From Malacoraja senta (Eukaryota), in contig CM075981.1 of assembly GCA_038087875.1 (NCBI GenBank), positions 806,001 through 870,000 of the forward strand: 64,000 nucleotides of DNA, given 5' to 3'. Below the pieces are notes generated by a model. The model did no database searches. It was not told where the DNA came from and saw only the letters and a program-made list of their open reading frames with translations. Positions within the stretch are counted from its first letter, which is position 1, and each line of letters begins with the position of its first letter. The position numbers and the translations under genes were made by a program. Of the stretch, positions 37,405-48,717 are shown piece after piece.

Positions 37405-38065
37405 TTAATTTTTAGTTTTTGAGATTCAGCGTGGAAACAGGCGCTTCGGCCCACCGAGTCCACGCCGACCAACTATCACCCGTTCATTCTAGTTCAATCC
37501 TACCCACGAGGGACAATTTACAGAAGCCAATTAACCTACAAACCTGCACGTCTTTGGGATATGGGAGGAAACCGGAGCACCTCGAGAAAACCCACGTGGT
37601 CACAGCGGGAACGTACAGACTCCCGACAGACAGCAGCCGCAGTCAGGATCGAACCAGGGTCTCTGGCGCTGTGGAGCAGCACTGTGTTACCCCTATTCCA
37701 TATCCATACCATTCCCCTCAGTTTTACATTTCTCAAAGCTGGTTCTTCTTTTAGATTTTAGACTTTAGACTTCAGAGATGCAGCACGGAAGCAGGCCCTT
37801 CGGCCCATCAAGTCTACGCCAACCAGTGATCATCCCGTACACTAGCACTATCCCTCACACTAGGGCCAATTTACAATTTTACCAAAGTCAATTAACCTAC
37901 AAACCCGCACGTCTTTGGGATGTGGGAGGAAACCGGAGCACCCGGAGAAAACCCACGTGGTGAAAGGGAAAACGTACAAACTCCACACAGACAGCACGCG
38001 TGGACAGGAACGAACCAGGGTCACTGGCGCTAAGGCAGCAACTCCACCGCTGTGCCACCGTGCCA
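37405..38065 (-). mobile_element. Two adjacent HE1-type V-SINEs (about 37405-37680 and 37745-38065)
   Basis: Reverse-strand copies in the intron upstream of the receptor B TM exon. Confidence 0.78.
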
Positions 38066-38520
38066 CTTTAGCATGACCCTATTCAGTTCAGTTGCTGTTC
38101 TTACGAAATAGATATGCAAAAATCCTATGTTTCCCACTTTAATTAATTAATTAATGTATGTCTTTAAATTATATTATGTTTATTTATTAATCAATTTTCT
38201 ATCAATATTTTGATTTATCTAACATAATTCCATTTTTTACTGATATGTATAAAGGAACTGCAGATGCTGGTTCACACTGAAGAGAGACACAAAATGCTGG
38301 AGAAACAGGCAGCATCTCTGGAGAGAAGGAATGGATGACGTTTCAGGTCGAGACCCTTCTTCAGGCTGAGAATCAGGGGTAAAGGAAACCTAGAGATATG
38401 GAAAGGTAAGGTGTGAAAACGATTTTTAGAATCAGTCAAGGGGCCGGTGGCAGAGTGAGCTGTCTGAAGGGAACAGAGTGGGCAGTGAGGCCTGGGCTTG
38501 CTCATACTGCCTATGGCTTC

Positions 38521-38754
38521 AGGACCTGTCCCACTTGCCGATTTTTTCGGTGACTGCCGGCGTCATATCAGGGTCGCCAAAAGATTTTGAACATTTCGAA
38601 ATCCAGCGGCGACAAAAAAAAATGTTGCGACACTTGAAAAAACACCGCGCGTCAATACATCATTACGCCGCGTCACGCCGCAAATGTTTCGGTGACCTGA
38701 TACAGTCAATGATGCCGGCAGTTGCCGAAAAAGTTGCCAAGTGGGACAGGCCCT
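38521..38754. mobile_element. MITE, same family as 9956-10213
   Basis: TIRs aggacctgtcccactt / aagtgggacaggccct, 3-bp TSD TTC. Confidence 0.8.
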
Positions 38755-38805
38755 TTCGTCTTTGCTCAAAGTCAACTCTGTGAAGAAGGGTTGCCACAAG
38801 AGTGA

Positions 38806-39114
38806 AGCTGCTGTCACACTATCCCGAGTTACTCGCGAATTCTCCCGAGTTTTCCCCTTGATTCAAACTTGGAGATGCCAGCCGTAGGCACTCGGGGCTA
38901 TTTTTTTTACTCGTTGAAATTTTTCAACATGCTGAAAAAAGGTCCCGAATTACCTGATGCCCCAAGTACCTACGGCTGGCATTACGAGCCGCTACGAAAT
39001 ATCTACGGCCTCGCAATGGACTCCTACGGACTCGCTACGGACATTCTCCGAGTTTGAATCAAGGGGAAAACTTGGGAGAATTCGTGAGTAACTCGGGAAA
39101 GTGGTACAGGGGCT
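38806..39114. mobile_element. MITE with ~65-bp TIRs and related termini
   Basis: cccgagttactcgcgaattctcccgagttttccccttgattcaaact mirrored at 39050-39100; flanks TGA/TTA. Confidence 0.75.
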
Positions 39115-39164
39115 TTAGGGAGATGAGTGTGGGATTTTGGGAGCCCTGTGGTTGTACAGGATAC

Positions 39165-39500
39165 GTATATGGAGAGGATGTTTCCAGTAGTTGGAGAGTC
39201 TGGGGACAGAGAACACAGCCCCAGAATAAAAGGACGTACCTTTGGAAAGCAGATGAGCAGGAATTTCTTTAGCCCGAGGATGGTGAATCAGTGGAATTCA
39301 TTGGCACAGAAAGTGGTGGAGACCAAGTCATTGGGTATTTTTAAAGCGAAGATTGATAGGTTCTTGATTAATAAGGGTGTCAAAGGGGGAGAAGGCAAGG
39401 GGATGGGGTTGAGAGGGAAAGATAGATCAGCCATGATTGAATGGCGGAGCAGACTCGATGGGCCGAATGTCCTAATTCTGCTTCGATGTCCTATAGTCTT
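39165..39500 (+). mobile_element. CR1 LINE 3' fragment
   Basis: MERMFPVVGES..RMVNQWNSL. Confidence 0.78.
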
Positions 39501-40894
39501 ATGGTTTAAGATCTCGCATCCCATAAGAGGTGGTTGTGAGCTGTGTGGTGGGATCAGAATAATCCAACCAGTTGGTTTAGTGCTGGGGCTTCAATGCTTT
39601 TCATTCTACTACTCTCTGTCGGTATGGATACCGCCTACACCAGGGGAACCATCTCTCTGATGGGAAAGGAAATCTTAAAAATATTTACGCGCTCAAAAAT
39701 CAGGAACAATGTTCCACTCAGCTCCCCAAAGCTGCTCTGTCTGCCCTTTAATAAGCTCCTGACCTCAGCCGCTGTCTGTATGGAGTTCGCACGTTCTGCC
39801 TGAGACCACGTGGGTTTCCTTTGGGTGCTCCGTTGTCATGGAACAAAGAACAGTACAGTACCAGTAGAGACCCTTCGGCCCACCATATGTATGTGCCGAA
39901 CATGATGCCAGGTTAAACAGATCTCATCTGCCTGCACGTGATCCATATCCCTCTATTCCATGCCCTTCCATGTCCCTATTTAAAAGCCTTTTAAATGCCA
40001 CTATCATATCTAAAAACTGCCCACATCCCAAAGACGTGCGGATTCGTAGGTTAATTGGTCTCTGTAAATTGCTTCTAGTGTGTAGGACGTGGATGTGAAA
40101 GTGGGATAACATAGAACTAGAGTGAATAGCTGATCGATGGCCGGCATGGACTCAATGTGCCTGTGTCTACGCTGTATATTTCAATCAATTGATCAAGATC
40201 AAAACCCCAACAGTCCCCCTATAACCTTTCACACCCTTGCTCATCAGACCGTTCTTCCTAAAATATACTCATAGGTTCCACTTCCACCGCCCTTTGAGGA
40301 AGAACGTTCCTAAGACTTAATAGCATCTGAGAGAAAATAACTTCCTCTCATCTCTGTCTTAAATGAACGCCCCTTGTTTTTAAACATTGACTCCAAATTC
40401 TAGACTATTCCCACAAGAGGAAGCAGTCTCCCCATCTCCAGACTTCAGGATGTTCCACTTTTTCATTAAGTTGCCTTTCAGTATTCTGAGGTTCAGTGGA
40501 TATGCATTCCAGGACCTGACTAAAATTTCCTTAACAAAGACAACCCTTTAGTCTATGAAGTTCTTTGAACTGCTTCAACTGTGGCCTGGACTAGAAGGCA
40601 TGAGTGATGGGAGGAAATTGGATAAGTTGTGTCTGTTTTCCCTGGCAAAGGAGGCTGACAAGATAGAGATATATGAAATAATGAAAGGCCCAGTATAGTA
40701 GAGAGCCACAGTCTGTTTCTCATGGTGGAGGTGTCAAAAACTAGAGGGCATAGGTTTAAAGTGAGAGGGAGGATGTGTAAAGATGAGTAACTTGGAGAGT
40801 AGTTGGTATCTGGAATAAACTGCCAGAGTATGTACTGGAGGCAGGAATACTACAAGGTAACTAAATGAATATTTGAATGAGCAAGACATCGAAG

Positions 40895-41195
40895 TTTAGT
40901 TCAGAAATACAGCAAAGAAACAGGCCCTTCGGCCCACTGAGTCCGCACTGACGAGCGACTCCCATACACTAGCACTATCCTACACACTAGGGACAATTTA
41001 CAATGCTTACCGGATTAACCAATTAACCAACAAACCTGCACATCTTTGGAATGTGGGAGGAAACCAGAGCTCCCTGAGGAAACTCACGCAGGTCACAGGG
41101 AGAATGTATAAACTCCGAACGGACAGCACCTCTAATCAGGATTGAACCCGAGTCTCTGACACTGTAAGGCAGCAACTCTACCGCTGTGCCGCCAT
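40895..41195 (-). mobile_element. HE1-type V-SINE
   Basis: Reverse-strand full-length copy. Confidence 0.8.
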
Positions 41196-41412
41196 GCCAT
41201 CCCAAGTTATTTGGAATTAATACAGTGAAGTGTATAGGTACACAGGTACAATGGTCAGGATAGACATGTTTGGCTAAAGGGACTGTTTCTATGCTGTACA
41301 ACTCCAAGATTCTTTGACCATACTTTATTGATATTCTTCTTTAAATATTTAGAGCAATATAGTCCACTTGTTATTTTTTGTGCAGAGCTACAAAAATATA
41401 TTTGATGTTTAC

Positions 41413-41449
41413 CTTAGTCTATCTTTGTCCGAAGGAAATAGCGTTTGAC
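41413..41449 (-). CDS. Receptor B stalk exon (GQTLFPSDKDRLR)
   Basis: Acceptor catacattttaccag, donor AG|GTAAAC, 37 bp, phase 1-2, bridging V and TM exons. Confidence 0.75.
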
Positions 41450-42364
41450 CTGGTAAAATGTATGAAAACATAATTTTATCGTCCACTAATTCAGTTGTGG
41501 ATTTACTGTTATAATGCAACACAAACAGAAAGAACATCCTAATAAATTAACAAGTGAAGTTAGAGAGAGAAAACAAACTGAGTGACAAAGAAATCAGTGA
41601 ACTGCAGGTCAGGCCTTTATCTTTTAATTGTTTTCTTTCTCTCCTAATGTCTTTGTTAATCTATTAACAAGGTGGCTTCATAAGCAGTGTCCCTTGATTC
41701 TCCAGGAGGGTTTCTGTGGGTCCTCAATCTGCAGTAGGTGAGCCGGGCCAGATTCAAGCTGCATTCTTGCGAGCAAGTGGAGATGATTCCATTATGTTAC
41801 TGCCTTGTCTGTTCATGTTCATAAGTTATAGGAGCAGAATTAGGCCATTCAGCCCACAAAGTCTAATCTGCCATTCTATCATGGGTGATCTATGTGTTGT
41901 AAATGGTGGAACGGCTTTGGGAGGTCGGGAGGTGAGGTACAAGAAAACCCCACCTTACATCCAAATTTTATAACCAAAAGTATGAGCCACACTGAAAAAA
42001 AGACTCAAGGTGCTGGAGTAACTCAATGGGCCAGGCAGCATCTCTGGAGAACATGGATATGTGATGTTTCGGGTCAGGACCCTTCTTCAGACTTGACCCG
42101 AAACATCACCTATCCATGTTCTCCAGAGATCTCCAGATTGGGCATACTGTAAGTTTAAGGTGAAGGTGGAAAGATTTGATAGGAATCTGAGGGGTACCTT
42201 TTTCACACAGAGGCAGATGGGTTTATGGAATGAACTGCTGGAGGAGGTAGTTGAGGCAGCTACTATCGGTACGTTTAAGAAGCAATTCGACAGGTACATG
42301 GATAGGACCGGTTTAGAGGGATATAAGCCAAACGCAAGCAGGTGGGACTAGTATGGATGGGACA

Positions 42365-43042
42365 TGTGAAGCAGTGAAGAAAGCGAATGGTATGTTGGCC
42401 TTCATAGCAAGAGGATTTGAGTATAGGAGCAGGGAGGTTCTACTGCAGTTGTACAGGGTCTTGGTGAGACCACACCTGGAGTATTGCGTACAGTTTTGGT
42501 CTCCAAATCTGAGGAAGGACATTATAGCCATAGAGGGAGTGCAAAGAAGGTTCACCAGACTGATTCCTGGGATGTCAGGACTTTCATATGAAGAAAGACT
42601 GGATAGACTTGGCTTATACTCGCTAGAATTTAGGAGAATGAGAGGGGATCTTATAGAAACGTACAAAATTCTTATGGGGTTGGACAGGCTAGATGCAGGA
42701 AGATTGTTCCCGATGTTGGGGAAGTCCAGGACAAGGGGTCACAGCTTAAGGATAAGGGGGAAATCCTTTAAGACCGAGATGAGGAAAAACTTTTTCACAC
42801 AGAGAGTGGTGAATCTCTGGAACTCTCTGCCACAGAGGGTAGTTGAGGCCAGTTCATTGGCTATATTTAAGAGGGAGTTAGATGTGGCCCTTGTGGCTAA
42901 AGGGATCAGGGGGTATGGAGAGAAGGCAGGTACGGGATACTGAGTTGGATGATCAGCCATGATCATATTGAATGGCGGTGCAGGCTCGAAGGGCCGAATG
43001 GCCTACTCCTGCACCTATTTTCTATGTATCTATGTATCTATG
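42365..43042 (+). mobile_element. Young CR1 LINE 3' fragment
   Basis: Uninterrupted ~190-aa ORF2 C-terminus (AVKKANGMLAFIARG..LVRPHLEYCVQFWSP..), (TATGTATC)n tail. Confidence 0.92.
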
Positions 43043-43142
43043 TTCGTTGGTGTGGGCAAGTTGGGCCGAAGGGCCTGTTTCCACAGTGTTATGACTCTAC
43101 GACTCTATGCTGGCTGACCCATAGAGTTACTTCAGCAATTTA

Positions 43143-43680
43143 ATAGACAATAGGTGCAGGAGTAGGCCATTTGGCCCTTCGAGCCAGCACCGCCATTCAA
43201 TGTGATCATGGCTGATCATCCACAATCAGTACCCTGTTCCTGCCTTCTCTCCATATCCCTTAACTCCACTATCCCTAAGAGTTCTATCTAACTCTCTCTT
43301 GAAAGCATCCAGAGAACCAGCCTCCACCGCCCTCTGAGGCAGAGAATTCCACACACTCACAACTCTGTGTGAAAAAGGTTTTCCTCATCTCAGTTCTAAA
43401 TGGCTTACCACTTATTCTTAAACTGTGGCCCCTGGTTCTGGACTCCCCCAACATTGGGAACATGTTTCCTGCCTCTAGCATGTCCAAACCCTTAATAATC
43501 TTATATATTTCAATAAGATGCCCTCTCATCCTTCTAAATCCCAGAGTATACAAGCCCAGCTGCTCCATTCTATCAACATATGACAGTCCCACCATCCCGG
43601 GAATTAACCTCGTAAAACTATGCTGCACTTCTTCAATAGCAAGAATGTCCTTCCTCAAGTTTGGAGACCAAAACTGCACA
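43143..43680 (-). mobile_element. CR1 LINE 3' fragment
   Basis: ORF 43284..43679 carries CR1 motifs. Confidence 0.88.
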
Positions 43681-43833
43681 CATTCATATCTTTTTTTTGG
43701 TAAACTAGCATCTGCACTTCATCTTTTCTATATTAATGTTCCATGTTCAGTTTAGTTTCCAACCATATGTTTAATTGAACAAAAATATAGAGACAAATTG
43801 CATTTTATGAATGAACACAAATCTACATCTTAC

Positions 43834-44169
43834 CTTCATGAACTTTAAGCTCCACAGGATAAATTGGGTCCAGAAGGTGATACCTTTCTATTCCACACCA
43901 ATACCAGCCCTTGTCGCTGGTTGTTAGCTTATCCATTTGGATTTTAAGTTCCCCTTTTGTATTATCAGCTGTTATCGTTATTCTGCCATCTTTGCTTTTC
44001 CTCTCAAGGTCCTTTGTTTGAACTAAAATCACGCAGCTTCGTCGATAGTATCCTTTGCACCAGTACTTCTGTTCACTGCTGAAATACGTGGGGAATTTGC
44101 ATGTGATTTTCACTGTGCGTCCTACGGTTCCATTTGCCACGCTCGGTCCATTGATGTCGGCGTGCGTCA
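43834..44169 (-). CDS. Receptor B Ig V-domain exon
   Basis: Acceptor tttttgacctcccag, donor GAAG|GTAAG, 336 bp, phase 1-1. Motifs VKITC, KYWCKG....SC, DGRITI, DKGWYWCG. Confidence 0.95.
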
Positions 44170-44255
44170 CTGGGAGGTCAAAAACATACATCAAATGTAC
44201 ACGAGGGCAACGCTGCTACTGTTGGGCGCTAATGAGCTTCTTTGATGGCGACATG

Positions 44256-44890
44256 TTTTTTTTTTAAACCAAACTTAATTTTAATCAACTATTTACAAAA
44301 ATACACACAAAAATACAAACAAATCCACCGCCATAACACAAAATAAAGTAAATATTTTAAAATATTAAATCACTATTTTCGTATCCTTATCAAGGATACA
44401 TTCCACACCCGATACAGTGGTCCCGGAAATCCCCAGGGCACCCGTTGACAGCACGTAGTCCCTCTCTAGTACTACCCGGGCATGGACGTAACCCCGGAAA
44501 AGGAGCAGGCAGCCGGCTCGGCCAGAGCACCCCTTCCGCCTGGCGCCGTGATTTGCAGATGGCCAACTTGGCCAGGCTTAGGAGCAACCCAACCAGGACA
44601 TCTTCGGCCCTCCTGCCCTCTCTCCTAAGCACAGGGTGTCCAAAGACAAGGATGGTGGGTGTGAAGTGCAGCCAGAAGAGCAGCCCCTTCAGGTATTGGC
44701 TGTAACTTCGCACACTCCATGTACATGTGGAACACAGACTCTCCCAGCCCGCAAAAGTGGCAGTGGGCTGGCGAGTGTGTGAACAGCGAGTTGGCGACCA
44801 ATTGTGGTGTACAGTATTGGTTGTAAGCTCTGGTGTCGTACACGTGGAGTACAGCCTTGGCTGTGGTGCTCTGCACATAGTGTGCTGCCT
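44256..44890 (-). mobile_element. L1/Tx1-clade LINE 3' fragment with poly(A)
   Basis: CCHC knuckle HCHFCGLGESVFHMYMEC, then LLLSLAKLAICKSRR; ATTAAA and an A10 tail (T run 44256-44265). Confidence 0.75.
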
Positions 44891-47103
44891 TGGAGGAACT
44901 CGATGGGTCAGGCAGCATCTCTGGAGAACATGGATATGTGATGTTTCGGATTGGGACCCTTCTTCAGACTTGAGCCGAAACTTCACCTGTCCATGTTCTG
45001 CAGAGAAACAAAGCAATTGACTATACCTAGGTACAAGTGGCAATAAATTATCATTCATTCATCAAAGAAGTGAGGGTTAGCAGGACAGGTTGGGCTGAAG
45101 GGCCTGCTTCCAGGTCATCTTAGCCTCTCTTACCTTGCACCTGGTCTGACTGTTTAACTTACAATTGATTACTTCTGCATTTCTGTCTGCCCAAAACCAA
45201 ATTGCAGACAGTTTGATGTTCTAGTTTGCATGTTTTCCCTGTGACCTCGTGATTTGTAGGTTAATTGGCCACTATAAGTTGCCCCCTAGTGCGTAGGGTA
45301 TGGATGAGAAAGTGGGATAACATAGAACTAGTGTGAATGGGTAATCAATGGTCGTCGTTTGCCGTATCTCTGAAACTAAAACTAAATGTATTGCTTTGCT
45401 GAAAATACAATCTTAGTGGAAGTGATTATAGTAGCTAAGTTTTTAGGTCCATTTGTTTTCAAATGCAAATGGACTTGATCTCACTTTCAGTAAAGAACCA
45501 TAGGGACATACAGTGTGGAAACAGGCCTTTCGGCCCAACACGCCCACGTCGACCAACATGCCCCATCTACACTCGTTCCACCTGCCTGTGTTTGGCCCAT
45601 ATCCCTCTAAACCTGTCCTATCCAAGTACCTGTCCAATTGTTCCTTAAACATTGAGATAGTCACTTCCTCAACAACCATTGAACCAAATGACACTAAATA
45701 CCCCAGAGAGAAGGTAAGCGTACAAAATGTGCATCCACTACTGCTTTGTGTGAGTCATTCTTTAAAAATGCTGTATTGCATTGTCTATTCAGGGTGACCA
45801 GTGTAGAATGGCATACAGAAACATCAGAAAGGGTAGTCCTTTTATGTAGGCTGGCGTTGCACTTCAGGAAGACCCCTTGGAAAATCCCTCCCAGACTAAT
45901 ATCCTCCTCATTTACCCATTCAATATAAAATGTGCACTAGCATTATCTTGTCCCTGGCACCTTCAATGACGATCATAGAAGTTTCTTCAGTACTTGTGGT
46001 CCATTACCAAGCTAATCTGTTAAGAACATTTTGCAAAGGCTGTGGGTAATCCAATAAATGACATTTTAAGTTAAAACTTGATCCATGTAAATCAAAAACT
46101 AGATCAACTAGATGGGAGGTCAAGAGCGGTCTTGACCTACCATCTACTGCATTGGAGACCTTTGAACTGTCTTTATCTTGCACTAAACGTTATTCCCTTT
46201 ATCCTATATCTGTACAATGTGGACGGTTTGATTGTAACCTTGTATAGTCTTTTTGCTGACTGGATAGCATGCAACACTAAAGCTTTCACTGTACTTCGGT
46301 ACACGTGACATTAATAAACTAAACTAAACTAAACTAAATTAAACTAAAGTAAACTAAACCTTAGGAGATTTAGGGATTCTATGAATCCAACAAATAATTT
46401 AAATTCTCCTCTGAGAACTGCCATCTCATCTCTTCCTCTTTCCGTCTTTTAGCACAATTCTATCATTAAAAAATACGTTAATTGATTCAGTCTGACTAAA
46501 TAGGTTGAACTCAGAGAAATTTTATTTGGAAATGACAATATTAACAGAACGATCACACATATAGTGCCATTCATGGTCCGAAGTTGTTTCAAAGTGTTTC
46601 ATAACCCATAAAGAATTTTTCAATGGTAGATGCCATTTTAATAGAACACAGCATGTAGATCAGTACAGTTCAGGAACAGGCCCACAATGTCTGTGCTGAA
46701 CATGATGCCGAAGGGCCTGTTGTCATGTTGTATCTCTACATTAGAACTAAACCCCAAATCCTGAACAAGTTTGGCCTGTCGGTAATAATTAAGCAATTTC
46801 ATTTCATGTAATTCAGCTCAGCAGAATTATTTATAAAGACTTAAACCTAATCGGTTCGTGAATGGTTTTGACAGATGCAATCGAACAAAAATTCCCCAAT
46901 CAATCCAAGAGTGTACAAAGTTGCTTCAATTAAACCTCATTGCATTCATACAGGGGCTCATTACTACTAGTCAGCAATGCCAGAAACAGGTCGCCATATT
47001 AGACTATCACTTTATATGGATAATGACTGGTTGCTGTAGTTGTACTATGGTCAATATTAATGTTAAAAGATAATGCGGTTAGCTAATGTAGAACTTAGAA
47101 CAT

Positions 47104-47575
47104 GGATGTCAGGACTTTCATATGAAGAAAGACTGGATAGACTTGGCTTATACTCGCTAGAATTTAGGAGATTGAGAGGGGATCTTATAGAAACATACAA
47201 AATTCTTATGGGGTTGGACAGGCTAGATGCAGGAAGATTGTTCCCGATGTTGGGGAAGTCCAGGACAAGGGGTCACAGCTTAAGGATAAGGGGGAAATCC
47301 TTTAAGACCGAGATGAGGAAAACTTTTTCACACAGAGAGTGGTGAATCTCTGGAACTCTCTGCCACAGAGGGTAGTTGAGGCCAGTTCATTGGCTATATT
47401 TAAGAGGGAGTTAGATGTGGCCCTTGTGGCTAAGGGGATCAGGGGGTATGGAGAGAAGGCAGGTACGGGATACTGAGTTGGATGATCAGCCATGATCATG
47501 TTGAATGGCGGTGCAGGCTCGTAGGGCTGAATGGCCTACTCCTGCACCTATTTTCTATGTATCTATGTATCTATG
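47104..47575 (+). mobile_element. Young CR1 3' fragment, near-identical to 42574-43042
   Basis: Direct visual comparison shows only a few substitutions and one A indel. Confidence 0.9.
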
Positions 47576-48584
47576 AAACGTGTGGCATAGGGACAGGCCC
47601 TTCAGCCCACAATGTCTGTGCTGATCATGATGCCAGGATCATCTATGTGTAGGAAGGAACTGCAGATGCCAGTTTAAATCAAAGATAGACAAAAAAGGCT
47701 GGAGTAACTCAACGGGTCAGGCAACATTTCTGGAGAAAATGAATAGGTGAAGTTTCGGGTTGAGACCGTTCTTCAGACTGAGAGTCAGAGGAAAGGGAAA
47801 CGAGAGATATACATGTTGATATAGAGAGATAGAGAACAAATAAATGAAATATATGAAAAAATATTATAATAATAATAATAATAATAGATTTTATTTATAT
47901 GGCGCTTTTCAGGATAGATCATTGTTACATTTTTGCATATCTTTCATTCGACCCAAAACATCACCTATTCATTTTCTCCAGAGATGCTGCCTGTCCCGCT
48001 GAGTTGCTCCAGCTTTTTGTATCTAGCCAGGATATACCCCTCCATTCCTTTCATAACCATGCACCTATCTAAAAGCCTCTTCAAATCCCAATAAGAATCT
48101 GTATTTTTCGATCCAGTTTTAATATTTGTAATTTTCCATTACAGGAAATGAAAGCTTTTAAACTACATTTAAATATGGGTTTTTTTCTCTCATAATTCTC
48201 ATAAACTTTGCACATCAATGACGTTTTAAATAAACCTTCACTCTCACAATTATGCTCTCCCTGAAAGGTCTCAACCCAAAATGTCACCCATTCCTTCAAC
48301 CCAGAAATGCTGCCTGTCCCGCTGCGTTAGTCCAGCAGTTTGTGTCTATCTTCTGCGTAAACCAGCATCCGCTGTTCCTTCCGACACACACAATTACATT
48401 TCTCTGAGAGTTAAAAGGAAACTCTCTGAATTTAAAGCAAATTCCATTCTGAAGGGCAGTTGAAGGATATTTTGTACCGATGAACATAATGTTGCGAGCA
48501 ATTCTAATAGATCCTTGGTCAGACAGATGCAAATCAAAATTTCCAACACTTAAAAAAATCCAAACAAGGCAATGGTTTTCTTAC

Positions 48585-48624
48585 CTGAGAGAAAAACAAC
48601 TGATAGGAGAAGAGTAAGACCCAT
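48585..48624 (-). CDS. Receptor B exon 1, signal peptide MGLTLLLSVVFLS
   Basis: ATG, 13 codons, G|GTAAGA donor, phase 1. In frame with the V exon (..FLS-VTHADING). Confidence 0.88.
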
Positions 48625-48700
48625 TTTTAATTACTCTTCTTAACTCCACTTTAAAAGCAGCTCTTTCGTCTGTAGTCCTACTTCTGCGCAGCTGTGTGTA

Positions 48701-48717
48701 AACTTCCACTTCCTCTC
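48701..48717 (-). promoter_or_regulatory. Tandem ETS/PU.1-type sites upstream of receptor B ATG
   Basis: Minus strand GAGAGGAAGTGGAAGT about 80 bp upstream of the ATG, with an E-box CAGCTG nearby. Motif match only. Confidence 0.45.

Larger units (their letters stand above)
26737..48624 (-). other. Receptor B gene span: inhibitory CD300LF/CMRF35-like receptor, six coding exons
   Basis: All six exons join in frame with GT-AG sites (phases 1,1,2,1,0). Confidence 0.9.

Noticed and set aside
42353-42943. Long ORFs such as 42353..42943, 60066..60770 and 7322..7864 as host genes
   Set aside because: They are CR1 ORF2 C-terminal fragments repeated many times in the window, 5'-truncated and followed by LINE 3' UTRs and microsatellite tails.
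44390-45058. 222-aa ORF as a novel gene
   Set aside because: A chimera of Penelope-type terminal sequence and a frameshifted L1/Tx1 ORF2 end.
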